Shown in pieces: positions 10,501 through 24,600 of a stretch of 64,000 bases of DNA. Position numbers and translations under genes: made by a program. Numbering within the stretch: position 1 is the first letter of the stretch; every line of letters starts with the position of its first letter. This DNA comes from Eledone cirrhosa (lineage: Eukaryota): NCBI GenBank assembly GCA_964016885.1, contig OZ024744.1:27156001-27220000 (forward strand). The letters run 5' to 3'. The notes under the pieces were generated by a model. That model saw only the letters and a program-made list of their open reading frames with translations, ran no database searches and was not told the origin of the DNA.

Positions 10501-13500
10501 CCAGAAGTCTCCACTGTTACGGCTAGGCATCTCAGTGCATGTGGTGGTAAGAGGGATGTAAGCTTAGGGCCAGGGACACCAGAAGTCACCACTGCTACGG
10601 CTAGGCATCTCAGTGCATCTGGTGGTAAGAAGGGAGGTAACCTTAGGGCCAAGGACACCAGAAGTCTCCACTGTTACGGCTAGGCATGTCAGTGCATGTG
10701 GTGGTAAGGAGGGAGATAACCTTAGGGCCAAGGACACCAGAAGTCTCCACTGTTACGGCTAGGCATCTCAGTGCATGTGGTGGTAAGAAGGGAGGTAACC
10801 TTAGGGCCATGGACACCAGAAGTCTCCACTGTTACGGCTAGGCATCTCAGTGCATGTGGTGGTAAGGAGGGAGATAACCTTAGGGCCAAGGACACCAGAA
10901 GTCTCCACTGTTACGGCTAGGCATCTCAGTGCATGTGGTGGTAAGAAGGGAGGTAACATTAGGGCCAGGGACACCAGAAGTCTCCACTGCTACGGCTAGG
11001 CATCTCAGTGCATGTGGTGGTAAGAAGGAAGTAACCTTAGGGCCAGGGACACCAAAAGTCTCCACTGCTACGGCTAGGCATCTCAGTGCATGTGGTGGTA
11101 AGAAGGGAGGTAACCTTAGGTCCAGGGACACCAGAAGTCTCCACTGCTACGGCTAGGCATCTCAGTTCATATGGTGGTAAGAAGGGAGGTAACCTTAGGG
11201 CCAAGGACACCAGAAGTCTACACTGTTACGGCTAGGCATCTCAGTGCATGTGGTGGTTAGAAGGGAGGTAACCTTAGGGCCAAGGACACCAGAAGTCTCC
11301 ACTGCTACGGGTAGGCATCTCAGTGCATGTGGTGGTAAGAAGGGAGGTAACCTTAGGGCCAGGGACAGCAGAAGTCTCCACTGCTACGGCTAGGCATCTC
11401 AGTGCATGTGGTGGTAAGATGGGAGGTAACCTTAGGGCCAGGGACACCAGAATTCTACACTGTTACGGCTAGGCATATCAGTGCATGTGGTGGTAAGAAG
11501 GGAGGTAACCTTAGGGCCAGGGACACCAGAAGACTCCACTGTTACGGCTAGGCATCTCAGTGCATGTGGTGGTAAGAAGGGAGGTAACCTTAGGGCCAGG
11601 GACACCAGAAGTCTCCACTGTTACGGCTAGGCTTCTCACTTCATGTGGTGGTAAGAAGGGAGGTAACCTTACGGCCAAGGACACCAGAAGTCTCCACTGC
11701 TACGGCTAGGCATCTCAGTGCATGTGGTGGTAAGAAGGGAGGTAACCTTAGGGCCAAGGACACCAGAAGTCTCCACTGCTACGACTAGGCATCTCAGTGC
11801 ATGTGGTGGTAAGAAGGGAGGTAACCTTAGGGCCAGGGACACCAGAAGACTCCACTGCTACGGCTAGGCATCTCAGTGCATGTGGTGGTAAGAAGGGAGG
11901 TAACCTTAGGGCCAAGGACACCAGAAGTCTCCACTGTTACAGCTAGGCATGTCAGTGCATGTGGTGGTAAGAAGGGAGGGAACCTTAGGGCCAGGGACAC
12001 CAGAAGTCTCCACTGTTACGGCTAGGCATCTCAGTGCATGTGCTGGTAAGAAGGGAGGTAACCTTAGGGCCAGGGACTCCAGAAGTGTCCACTGCTACGG
12101 CTAGGCATCTCAGTGCATGTGGTGGTAAGAAGGGAGGTAACCTTAAGGCCAGGGACACCAGAAGTCTCCAGTGTTACGGCTAGGCATGTCAGTGCATGTG
12201 GTGGTAAGACGGGAGGTAACCTTAGGGCCAGGGACACCAGAAGACTCCACTGTTACGGCTAGGCATGTCAGTGCATGTGGTGGTAAGAAGGGAGCTAACC
12301 TTAGGGACAAAGACACCAGATGTCTCCACTGTTACGGCTAGGCATGTCAGTGCATGTGGTGGTAAGAAGGGAGGTAACCTTAGGGCCAAGGACACCAGAA
12401 GTCTCCACTGTTACGGCTAGGCATCTCAGTGCATGTGGTGGTAAGAAGGGAGGTAACCTTAGGGCCAGGGACACCAGAAGTCTCCACTGTTACGGCTAGG
12501 CATCTCAGTGCATGTGGTGGTAAGTAGGGAGATAATCTTAGGGCCAAGGACACCAGAAGTCTCCACTGTTACGGCTAGGCATCTCAGTGCATATGGTGGT
12601 AAGAAGGCAGGTAACCTTAGGGCCAGGGACACCAGAAGTCTCCACTACTACGGCTAGGCATCTCAGTGCCTGTGGTGGTAAGAAGGAAGTAACCTTAGGG
12701 CCAGGGACAACAGAAGTCTCCACTGTTACGGCTAGGCATCTCAGTGCATGTGGTGGTAAGGAGGGAGATAACCTTAGGGCCAGGCACACCAGAAGTCTCC
12801 ACTGTTACGGCTAGGCATTTCAGTGCATGTGGTGGTAAGAAGGGAAGTAACCTTAGGGCCAGGGACACCAGAAGTCTCCACTGTTACGGCTAGGCATCTC
12901 AGTGCATGTGGTGGTAAGAAGGGAGGTAACCTTAGGGCCAAGGACACCAGAAGTCTCCACTGTTACGGCTAGGCATCTCAGTGCATGTTGTGGTAAGAAG
13001 GGAGGTAACCTTAGGGCCAGGGACACCAGAAGACTCCACTGCTACGGCTAGGCATCCCAGTGCATGTGGTGGTAAGAAGGGAGGTAACCTTAGGCCCAAG
13101 GACACCAGAAGTCTCCACTGTTACGGCTAGGCATGTCAGTGCATGTGGTGGTAAGAAGGGAGCGAACCTTAGGGCCAGGGACGCCAGAAGTCTCCACTGT
13201 TACGGCTAGGCATCTCAGTGCATGTGGTGGTAAGAAGGGAGGGAACCTTAGGGCCAGGCACATCAGAAGTCTCCACTGCTACGGCTAGGCATCTCAGTGC
13301 ATGTGGTGGTCAGAAAGGAGGTAATCTTAGTGCCAGGGACACCAGAAGTCTCCACTGTTACGGCTAGGCATGTCAGTGCGTGTGGTGGTAAGAAGGGAGG
13401 GAACCTTAGGGCCAGGGACACCAGAAGTCTCCACTGTTACGGCTAGGCATCTCAGTGCATGTGGTGGTAAGAAGGGAGGTAACCTTAAGGCCAGGGACAC

Positions 13501-14050
13501 CAGAAGTCTCCAGTGTTACGGCTAGGCATCTCAGTGCATGTGGTGGTAAGAAAGGAAGGAACCTTAGGGCCAGGGACACCAGAAGTCTCCACTGTTACGG
13601 CTAGGCATCTCAGTGCATGTGGTAGTAAGAAGGGAGGGAACCTTAGGGCCAGGCACATCAGAAGTCTCCACTGCTACGGCTAGGCATCTCAGTGCATGTG
13701 GTGGTAAGAAAGGAGGTAACCTTAGGTCCAGGGACACCAGAAGTCTCCACTGTTACGGCTAGGCATCTCAGTGCATGTGGTGGTAAGAAGGGAGGTAACC
13801 TTAGGGCCAGGGACACCAGAAGTCTCCACTGCTACGGCTAGGCATCTCAGTGCCTGTGGTGGTAAGAAGGGAGGGAAACTTAGGTCCAGGGACACCAGAA
13901 GTCTCCACTGCTACGGCTAGGCATCTCAGTTCATGTGGTGGTAAGAAGGGAGGTAACCTTAGGGCCAAGGACACCAGAAGTCTCCACTGTTACGGCTAGG
14001 CATCTCAGTGCATGTGGTGGTAAGAAGAGAGGTAACCTTAGGGCCAAGGA
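7550..14050 (+). repeat. Satellite sub-domain 2: more diverged monomers, imperfect ~3.6-3.9 kb duplication
   Basis: ACGGGTAGG at ~7680/11310, GGCTTCTCACTT at ~8080/11630, GGAGCGAACC at ~9292/13159 and GGTCAGAAAGG at ~9441/13308. The ORF pair 8671/12538 has offset 3867. Confidence 0.8.
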
Positions 14051-17000
14051 CACCAGAAGTCTCCACTGCTACGGCTAGTCATCTCAGTGCATGTGGTGGT
14101 AAGAAGGGAGGTAACCTTAGGGCCAGGGACAGCAGAAGTCTCCACTGCTACGGCTAGGCATCTCAGTGCATGTGGTGGTAAGAAGGGAGGTAACCTTAGG
14201 GCCAGGGACACCAGAAGTCTACACTGTTACGGCTAGTTATATCAGTGCATGTTGTGGTAAGAAGGGAGGTAACCTTAGGGCCAGGGACACCAGAAGACTC
14301 CACTGTTACGGCTAGGCATCTCAGTGCATGTGGTGGTAAGAAGGGAGGTAACCTTAGGTCCAAGGACACAAGAAGTCTCCACTGTTACGGCTAGGCATCT
14401 CAGTGCATGTGGTGGTAAGAAGGGAGGTAACCTTAGGGCCAGGGAGACCAGACGTCTCCACTGCTACGGCTAATCATCTCAGTGCATGTGGTGGTAAGAA
14501 GGGAGGTAACCTTAGGGCCAAGGACACCAGAAGTCTCCACTGTTACGCCTAGGCATCTCAGTGCATGTGGTGGTTAGAAGGGAGGTAACCTTAGGGCCAA
14601 GGACACCAGAATGCTCCACTGCCACGGCTAGGCATCTCAGTGCATGTGGTGGTAAGAAGGAAGGTAACCATAGCGCCAGGGACACCAGAAGTCTCCACTG
14701 CTACGGCTAGGTATGTCAGTGCATGTGGTGGTAAGAAGGGAGGTAACCTTAGGGCCAAGGACACCAGAAGACTCCACTGTTACGGCTAGGCATGTCAGTG
14801 CATGTGGTGGTAAGAAGGGAGGTAACCTTAGGGCCAGGGACACCAGAAGACTCCACTGTTACGGCTAGGCATGTCAGTGCATGTGGTGGTAAGGAGGGAG
14901 ATAACCTTAGGGCCAAGGACACCAGAAGTCTCCACTGTTACGGCTAGGCATCTCAGTGCATGTGGTGGTAAGAAGGAAGTAACCTTAGGGCCAGTGACAC
15001 CAGAAGTCTCCACTGTTACGGCTAGGCATCTCAGTGCATGTGGTGGTAAGGAGGGAGGTAACCTTAGGGCCAGGCACACCAGAAGTCTCCACTGTTACGG
15101 CTAGGCATTTCAGTGCATGTGGTGGTAAGAAGGAAGTAACCTTAGGGCCAGGGACACCAGAAGTCTCCACTGTTACGGCTAGGCATCTCAGTGCATGAGG
15201 TGGTAAGAAGGGAGGTAACCTTAGGGCCAAGGACACCAGAAGTCTCCACTGTTACGGCTAGGCATCTCAGTGCATGTGGTGGTAAGAAGGGAGGTAACCT
15301 TAGGGCCAGGGACACCAGAAGACTCCACTGCTACGGCTAGGCATCTCAGTGCATGTGGTGGTAAGAAGGGAGGTAACCTTAGGGCCAAGGACACCAGAAG
15401 TCTCCACTGTTACGGCTAGGCATGTCAGTGCATGTGGTGGTAAGAAGGGAGGGAACCTTAGGGCCAGGGACACCAGAAGTCTCCACTGTTACGGCTAGGC
15501 ATCTCAGTGCATGTGGTGGTAAGAAGGGAGGTAACCTTAGGGCCAAGGACACCAGAAGTCTCCACTGTTACGGCTAGGCATCTCAGTGCATCTGGTGGTA
15601 AGAAGGGAGGTAACCTTAGGGCCAGGGACACCAGAAGTCTCCACTGCTACGGCTAGGCATCTCAGTGCATGTGGTGGTAAGAAGGAAGTAACCTTAGGGC
15701 CAGGGACACCAGAAGTCTCCACTGTTACGGCTAGGCATCTCAGTGCATGTGGTGGTAAGGAGGGAGGTAACCTTAGGGCCAGGCACACCAGAAGTCTCCA
15801 CTGTTACGGCTAGGCATTTCAGTGCATGTGGTGGTAAGAAGGGAAGTAACCTTAGGGCCAGGGACACCAGAAGTCTCCACTGTTACGGCTAGGCATCTCA
15901 GTGCATGTGGTGGTAAGAAGGGAGGTAACCTTAGGGCCAGGGACACCAGAAGTCTCCACTGCTACGGCTAGGCATCTCAGTGCATGTGGTGGTAAGAAAG
16001 GAAGGAACCTTAGGGCCAGGGACACCAGAAGTCTCCACTGTTACGGCTAGGCATCTCAGTGCATGTGGTAGTAAGAAGGGAGGGAACCTTAGGGCCAGGC
16101 ACATCAGAAGTCTCCACTGCTACGGCTAGGCATCTCAGTGCATGTGGTGGTAAGAAAGGAGGTAACCTTAGGTCCAGGGACACCAGAAGTCTCCACTGTT
16201 ACGGCTAGGCATCTCAGTGCATGTGGTGGTAAGAAGGGAGGTAACCTTAGGGCCAGGGACACCAGAAGTCTCCACTGCTACGGCTAGGCATCTCAGTGCC
16301 TGTGGTGGTAAGAAGGGAGGGAAACTTAGGTCCAGGGACACCAGAAGTCTCCACTGCTACGGCTAGGCATCTCAGTTCATGTGGTGGTAAGAAGGGAGGT
16401 AACCTTAGGGCCAAGGACACCAGAAGTCTCCACTGTTACGGCTAGGCATCTCAGTGCATGTGGTGGTAAGAAGGGAGGTAACCTTAGGGCCAAGGACACC
16501 AGAAGTCTCCACTGCTACGGCTAGTCATCTCAGTGCATGTGGTGGTAAGAAGGGAGGTAACCTTAGGGCCAGGGACAGCAGAAGTCTCCACTGCTACGGC
16601 TAGGCATCTCAGTGCATGTGGTGGTAAGAAGGGAGGTAACCTTAGGGCCAGGGACACCAGAAGTCTACACTGTTACGGCTAGTTATATCAGTGCATGTTG
16701 TGGTAAGAAGGGAGGTAACCTTAGGGCCAGGGACACCAGAAGACTCCACTGTTACGGCTAGGCATCTCAGTGCATGTGGTGGTAAGAAGGGAGGTAACCT
16801 TAGGTCCAAGGACACAAGAAGTCTCCACTGTTACGGCTAGGCATCTCAGTGCATGTGGTGGTAAGAAGGGAGGTAACCTTAGGGCCAGGGAGACCAGACG
16901 TCTCCACTGCTACGGCTAATCATCTCAGTGCATGTGGTGGTAAGAAGGGAGGTAACCTTAGGGCCAAGGACACCAGAAGTCTCCACTGTTACGCCTAGGC

Positions 17001-18600
17001 ATCTCAGTGCATGTGGTGGTTAGAAGGGAGGTAACCTTAGGGCCAAGGACACCAGAATGCTCCACTGCCACGGCTAGGCATCTCAGTGCATGTGGTGGTA
17101 AGAAGGAAGGTAACCATAGCGCCAGGGACACCAGAAGTCTCCACTAGTACGGCTAGGTATGTCAGTGCATGTGGTGGTAAGAAGGGAGGTAACCTTAGGG
17201 CCAAGGACACCAGAAGACTCCACTGTTACGGCTAGGCATGTCAGTGCATGTGGTGGTAAGAAGGGAGGTAACCTTAGGGCCAGGGACACCAGAAGACTCC
17301 ACTGTTACGGCTAGGCATGTCAGTGCATGTGGTGGTAAGGAGGGAGATAACCTTAGGGCCAAGGACACCAGAAGTCTCCACTGTTACAGCTAGGCATCTC
17401 AGTGCATGTGGTGGTAAGAAGGGAGGTAAGCTTAGGGCCAGGGACACCAGAAGTCTCCACTGTTACGGCTAGGCATCTCAGTGCATGAGGTGGTAAGAAG
17501 GGAGGTAACCTTAGGGCCAAGGACACCAGAAGTCTCCACTGTTACGGCTAGGCATCTCAGTGCATGTGGTGGTAAGAAGGAAGTAACCTTAGGGCCAGTG
17601 ACACCAGAAGTCTCCACTGTTACGGCTAGGCATCTCAGTGCATGTGGTGGTAAGGAGGGAGGTAACCTTAGGGCCAGGCACACCAGAAGTCTCCACTGTT
17701 ACGGCTAGGCATTTCAGTGCATGTGGTGGTAAGAAGGAAGTAACCTTAGGGCCAGGGACACCAGAAGTCTCCACTGTTACGGCTAGGCATCTCAGTGCAT
17801 GAGGTGGTAAGAAGGGAGGTAACCTTAGGGCCAAGGACACCAGAAGTCTCCACTGTTACGGCTAGGCATCTCAGTGCATGTGGTGGTAAGAAGGGAGGTA
17901 ACCTTAGGGCCAGGGACACCAGAAGACTCCACTGCTACGGCTAGGCATCTCAGTGCATGTGGTGGTAAGAAGGGAGGTAACCTTAGGGCCAAGGACACCA
18001 GAAGTCTCCACTGTTACGGCTAGGCATGTCAGTGCATGTGGTGGTAAGAAGGGAGGGAACCTTAGGGCCAGGGACACCAGAAGTCTCCACTGTTACGGCT
18101 AGGCATCTCAGTGCATGTGGTGGTAAGAAGGGAGGTAACCTTAGGGCCAAGGACACCAGAAGTCTCCACTGTTACGGCTAGGCATCTCAGTGCATCTGGT
18201 GGTAAGAAGGGAGGTAACCTTAGGGCCAGGGACACCAGAAGTCTCCACTGCTACGGCTAGGCATCTCAGTGCATGTGGTGGTAAGAAGGAAGTAACCTTA
18301 GGGCCAGGGACACCAGAAGTCTCCACTGTTACAGCTAGGCATCTCAGTGCATGTGGTGGTAAGGAGGGAGGTAACCTTAGGGCCAGGCACACCAGAAGTC
18401 TCCACTGTTACGGCTAGGCATTTCAGTGCATGTGGTGGTAAGAAGGGAAGTAACCTTAGGGCCAGGGACACCAGAAGTCTCCACTGTTACGGCTAGGCAT
18501 CTCAGTGCATGTGGTGGTAAGAAGGGAGGTAACCTTAGGGCCAGGGACACCAGAAGTCTCCACTGCTACGGCTAGGCATCTCAGTGCATGTGGTGGTAAG
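13545..18600 (+). repeat. 31-33 monomer tandem duplication (offset 2446, then 2604 bp)
   Basis: AAGAAAGGAAGGAACC at ~13548/15994, GTTATATC at 14236/16682 and CAGAATGCTCC at ~14607/17053. ORF pairs are 14637/17083 (2446) and 15537/18141 (2604). Confidence 0.85.
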
Positions 18601-21600
18601 AAGGAAGTAACCTTAGGGCCAGGGACACCAGAAGTCTCCACTGTTACGGCTAGGCATCTCAGTGCATGTGCTGGTAAGAAGGGAGGTAACCTTAGGGCCA
18701 GGGACTCCAGAAGTGTCCACTGCTACGGTTAGGCATCTCAGTGCATGTGGTGGTAAGAAGGGAGGTAACCTTAAGGCCAGGGACACCAGAAGTCTCCAGT
18801 GTTACGGCTAGGCATGTCAGTACATGTGGTGGTAAGACGGGAGGTAAACTTAGGGCCAGGGACACCAGAAGACTCCACTGTTACGGCTAGGCATGTCAGT
18901 GCATGTGGTGGTAAGAAGGGAGCTAACCTTAGGGACAAAGACACCAGAAGTCTCCACTGTTACGGCTAGGCATGTCAGTGCATGTGGTGGTAAGAAGGGA
19001 GGTAACCTTAGGGCCAGGGACACCAGAAGTCTCCACTACTACGGCTAGGCATCTCAGTGCCTGTGGTGGTAAGAAGGAAGTAACCTTAGGGCCAGGGACA
19101 ACAGAAGTCTCCACTGTTACGGCTAGGCATCTCAGTGCATGTGGTGGTAAGGAGGGAGATAACCTTAGGGCCAGGCACACCAGAAGTCTCCACTGTTACG
19201 GCTAGGCATCTCAGTGCATGTGGTGGTAAGAAGGGAGGTAACCTTAGGGCCAAGGACACCAGAAGTCTCCACTGTTACGGCTAGGCATCTCAGTGCATGT
19301 TGTGGTAAGAAGGGAGGTAACCTTAGGGCCAGGGACACCAGAAGACTCCACTGCTACGGCTAGGCATCCCAGTGCATGTGGTGGTAAGAAGGGAGGTAAC
19401 CTTAGGGCCAAGGACACCAGAAGTCTCCACTGTTACGGCTAGGCATGTCAGTGCATGTGGTGGTAAGAAGGGAGCGAACCTTAGGGCCAGGGACGCCAGA
19501 TGTCTCCACTGTTACGGCTAGGCATCTCAGTGCATGTGGTGGTAAGAAGGGAGGGAACCTTAGGGCCAGGCACATCAGAAGTCTCCACTGCTACGGCTAG
19601 GCATCTCAGTGCATGTGGTGGTCAGAAAGGAGGTAATCTTAGTGCCAGGGACACCAGAAGTCTCCACTGTTACGGCTAGGCATGTCAGTGCGTGTGTTGG
19701 TAAGAAGGGAGGGAACCTTAGGGCCAGGGACACCAGAAGTCTCCACTGTTACGGCTAGGCATCTCAGTGCATGTGGTGGTAAGAAGGGAGGTAACCTTAA
19801 GGCCAGGGACACCAGAAGTCTCCAGTGTTACGGCTAGGCATCTCAGTGCATGTGGTGGTAAGAAGGGAAGGAACCTTAGGGCCAGGGACACCAGAAGTCT
19901 CCACTGTTACGGCTAGGCATCTCAGTGCATGTGGTAGTAAGAAGGGAGGGAACCTTAGGGCCAGGCACATCAGAAGTCTCCACTGCTACGGCTAGGCATC
20001 TCAGTGCATGTGGTGGTAAGAAAGGAGGTAACCTTAGGTCCAGGGACACCAGAAGTCTCCACTGTTACGGCAAGGCATCTCAGTGCATGTGGTGGTAAGA
20101 AGGGAGGTAACCTTAGGGCCAGGGACACCAGAAGTCTACACTGTTACGGCTAGTTATATCAGTGCATGTTGTGGTAAGAAGGGAGGTAACCTTAGGGCCA
20201 GGGACACCAGAAGACTCCACTGTTACGGCTAGGCATCTCAGTGCATGTGGTGGTAAGAAGGGAGGTAACCTTAGGTCCAAGGACACAAGAAGTCTCCACT
20301 GTTACGGCTAGGCATCTCAGTGCATGTGGTGGTAAGAAGGGAGGTAACCTTAGGGCCAGGGAGACCAGACGTCTCCACTGCTACGGCTAATCATCTCAGT
20401 GCATGTGGTGGTAAGAAGGGAGGTAACCTTAGGGCCAAGGACACCAGAAGTCTCCACTGTTACGCCTAGGCATCTCAGTGCATGTGGTGGTAAGAAGGGA
20501 GGTAACCTTAGGGCCAAGGACACCAGAAGTCTCCACTGCCACGGCTAGGCATCTCAGTGCATGTGGTGGTAAGAAGGAAGGTAACCATAGCGCCAGGGAC
20601 ACCAGAAGTCTCCACTGCTACGGCTAGGTATGTCAGTGCATGTGGTGGTAAGAAGGGAGGTAACCTTAGGGCCAGGGACACCAGAAGACTCCACTGTTAC
20701 GGCTAGGCATGTCAGTGCATGTGGTGGTAAGGAGGGAGATAACCTTAGGGCCAAGGACACCAGAAGTCTCCACTGTTACAGCTAGGCATCTCAGTGCATG
20801 TGGTGGTAAGAAGGGAGGTAAGCTTAGGGCCAGGGACACCAGAAGTCTCCACTGTTACGGCTAGGCATGTCAGTGCATGTGGTGGTAAGAAGGGAGGTAA
20901 CCTTAGCGCCAGGGACACCAGAAGACTCCACTGTTACGGCTAGGCATGTCAGTGCATGTGGTGGTAAGAAGGGAGGTAACCTTAGGGCCAGGGACACCAG
21001 AAGACTCCACTGTTACGGCTAGGCATGTCAGTGCATGTGGTGGTAAGGAGGGAGATAACCTTAGGGCCAAGGACACCAGAAGTCTCCACTGTTACAGCTA
21101 GGCATCTCAGTGCATGTGGTGGTAAGAAGGGAGGTAAGCTTAGGGCCAGGGACACCAGAAGTCTCCACTGTTACGGCTAGGCATCTCAGTGCATGAGGTG
21201 GTAAGAAGGGAGGTAACCTTAGGGCCAAGGACACCAGAAGTCTCCACTGTTACGGCTAGGCATCTCAGTGCATGTGGTGGTAAGAAGGAAGTAACCTTAG
21301 GGCCAGTGACACCAGAAGTCTCCACTGTTACGGCTAGGCATCTCAGTGCATGTGGTGGTAAGGAGGGAGGTAACCTTAGGGCCAGGCACACCAGAAGTCT
21401 CCACTGTTACGGCTAGGCATTTCAGTGCATGTGGTGGTAAGAAGGGAAGTAACCTTAGGGCCAGGGACACCAGAAGTCTCCACTGTTACGGCTAGGCATC
21501 TCAGTGCATGAGGTGGTAAGAAGGGAGGTAACCTTAGGGCCAAGGACACCAGAAGTCTCCACTGTTACGGCTAGGCATCTCAGTGCATGTGGTGGTAAGA

Positions 21601-24600
21601 AGGGAGGTAACCATAGGGCCAGGGACACCAGAAGACTCCACTGCTACGGCTAGGCATCTCAGTGCATGTGGTGGTAAGAAGGGAGGTAACCTGAGGGCCA
21701 AGGACACCAGAAGTCTCCACTGTTACGGCTAGGCATGTCAGTGCATGTGGTGGTAAGAAGGGAGGGAACCTTAGGGCCAGGGACACCAGAAGTCTCCACT
21801 GCTACGGCTAGGCATCTCAGTGCATGTGGTGGTAAGAAGGAAGTAACCTTAGGGCCAGGGACACCAGAAGTCTCCACTGTTACGGCTAGGCATCTCAGTG
21901 CATGTGGTGGTAAGGAGGGAGGTAACCTTAGGGCCAGGCACACCAGAAGTCTCCACTGTTACGGCTAGGCATTTCAGTGCATGTGGTGGAAAGAAGGGAA
22001 GTAACCTTAGGGCCAGGGACACCAGAAGTCTCCACTGTTACGGCTAGGCATCTCAGTGCATGTGGTGGTAAGAAGGGAGGTAACCTTAGGGCCAGGGACA
22101 CCAGAAGTCTCCACTGCTACGGCTAGGCATCTCAGTGCCTGTGGTGGTAAGAAGGGAGGGAAACTTAGGTCCAGGGACACCAGAAGTCTCCACTGCTACG
22201 GCTAGGCATCTCAGTTCATGTGGTGGTAAGTAGGGAGGTAACCTTAGGGCCAAGGACACCAGAAGTCTCCACTGTTACGGCTAGGCATCTCAGTGCATGT
22301 GGTGGTAAGAAGGGAGGTAACCTTAGGGCCAAGGACACCAGAAGTCTCCACTGCTACGGCTAGGCATCTCAGTGCATGTGGTGGTAAGAAGGGAGGTAAC
22401 CTTAGGGCCAAGGACACCAGAAGTCTCCACTGCTACGGCTAGGCATCTCAGTGCATGTGGTGGTAAGAAGGGAGGTAACCTTAGGGCCAGGGACACCAGA
22501 AGTCTACACTGTTACGGCTAGTTATATCAGTGCATGTTGTGGTAAGAAGGGAGGTAACCTTAGGGCCAGGGACACCAGAAGACTCCACTGTTACGGCTAG
22601 GCATCTCAGTGCATGTGGTGGTAAGAAGGGAGGTAACCTTAGGTCCAAGGACACAAGAAGTCTCCACTGTTACGGCTAGGCATCTCAGTGCATGTGGTGG
22701 TAAGAAGGGAGGTAACCTTAGGGCCAGGGAGACCAGACGTCTCCACTGCTACGGCTAATCATCTCAGTGCATGTGGTGGTAAGAAGGGAGGTAACCTAAG
22801 GGCCAAGGACACCAGAAGTCTCCACTGTTACGCCTAGGCATCTCAGTGCATGTGGTGGTAAGAAGGGAGGTAACCTTAGGGCCAAGGACACTAGAAGTCT
22901 CCACTGCCACGGCTAGGCATCTCAGTGCATGTGGTGGTAAGAAGGAAGGTAACCATAGCGCCAGGGACACCAGAAGTCTCCACTGCTACGGCTAGGTATG
23001 TCAGTGCATGTGGTGGTAAGAAGGGAGGTAACCTTAGGGCCAAGGACACCAGAAGACTCCACTGTTACGGCTAGGCATGTCACTGCATGTGGTGGTAAGA
23101 AGGGAGGTAACCTTAGGGCCAGGGACACCAGAAGACTCCACTGTTACGGCTAGGCATGTCAGTGCATGTGGTGGTAAGGAGGGAGATAACCTTAGGGCCA
23201 AGGACACCAGAAGTCTCCACTGTTACAGCTAGGCATCTCAGTGCATGTGGTGGTAAGAAGGGAGGTAAGCTTAGGGCCAGGGACACCAGAAGTCTCCACT
23301 GTTACGGCTAGGCATCTCAGTGCATGAGGTGGTAAGAAGGGAGGTAACCTTAGGGCCAAGGACACCAGAAGTCTCCACTGTTACGGCTAGGCATCTCAGT
23401 GCATGTGGTGGTAAGAAGGAAGTAACCTTAGGGCCAGTGACACCAGAAGTCTCCACTGTTACGGCTAGGCATCTCAGTGCATGTGGTGGTAAGGAGGGAG
23501 GTAACCTTAGGGCCAGGCACACCAGAAGTCTCCACTGTTACGGCTAGGCATTTCAGTGCATGTGGTGGTAAGAAGGGAAGTAACCTTAGGGCCAGGGACA
23601 CCAGAAGTCTCCACTGTTACGGCTAGGCATCTCAGTGCATGAGGTGGTAAGAAGGGAGGTAACCTTAGGGCCAAGGACACCAGAAGTCTCCACTGTTACG
23701 GCTAGGCATCTCAGTGCATGTGGTGGTAAGAAGGGAGGTAACCTTAGGGCCAGGGACACCAGAAGACTCCACTGCTACGGCTAGGCATCTCAGTGCATGT
23801 GGTGGTAAGAAGGGAGGTAACCTTAGGGCCAAGGACACCAGAAGTCTCCACTGTTACGGCTAGGCATGTCAGTGCATGTGGTGGTAAGAAGGGAGGGAAA
23901 CTTAGGGCCAGGGACACCAGAAGTCTCCACTGTTACGGCTAGGCATCTCAGTGCATGTGGTGGTAAGAAGGGAGGTAACCTTAGGGCCAAGGACACCAGA
24001 AGTCTCCACTGTTACGGCTAGGCATCTCAGTGCATCTGGTGGTAAGAAGGGAGGTAACCTTAGGGCCAGGGACACCAGAAGTCTCCACTGCTACGGCTAG
24101 GCATCTCAGTGCATGTGGTGGTAAGAAGGAAGTAACCTTAGGGCCAGGGACACCAGAAGTCTCCACTGTTACGGCTAGGCATCTCAGTGCATGTGGTGGT
24201 AAGGAGGGAGGTAACCTTAGGGCCAGGCACACCAGAAGTCTCCACTGTTACGGCTAGGCATTTCAGTGCATGTGGTGGTAAGAAGGGAAGTAACCTTAGG
24301 GCCAGCGACACCAGAAGTCTCCACTGTTACGGCTAGGCATCTCAGTGCATGTGGTGGTAAGAAGGGAGGTAACCTTAGGGCCAAGGACACCAGAAGTCTC
24401 CACTGTTACGGCTAGGCATCTCAGTGCATGTGGTGGTAAGAAGGGAGGTAACCTTAGGGCCAGGGACACCAGAAGTCTCCACTGCTACGGCTAGGCATCT
24501 CAGTGCATGTGGTGGTAAGAAGGAAGTAACCTTAGGGCCAGTGACACCAGAAGTCTCCACTGTTACGGCTAGGCATCTCAGTGCATGTGGTGGTAAGGAG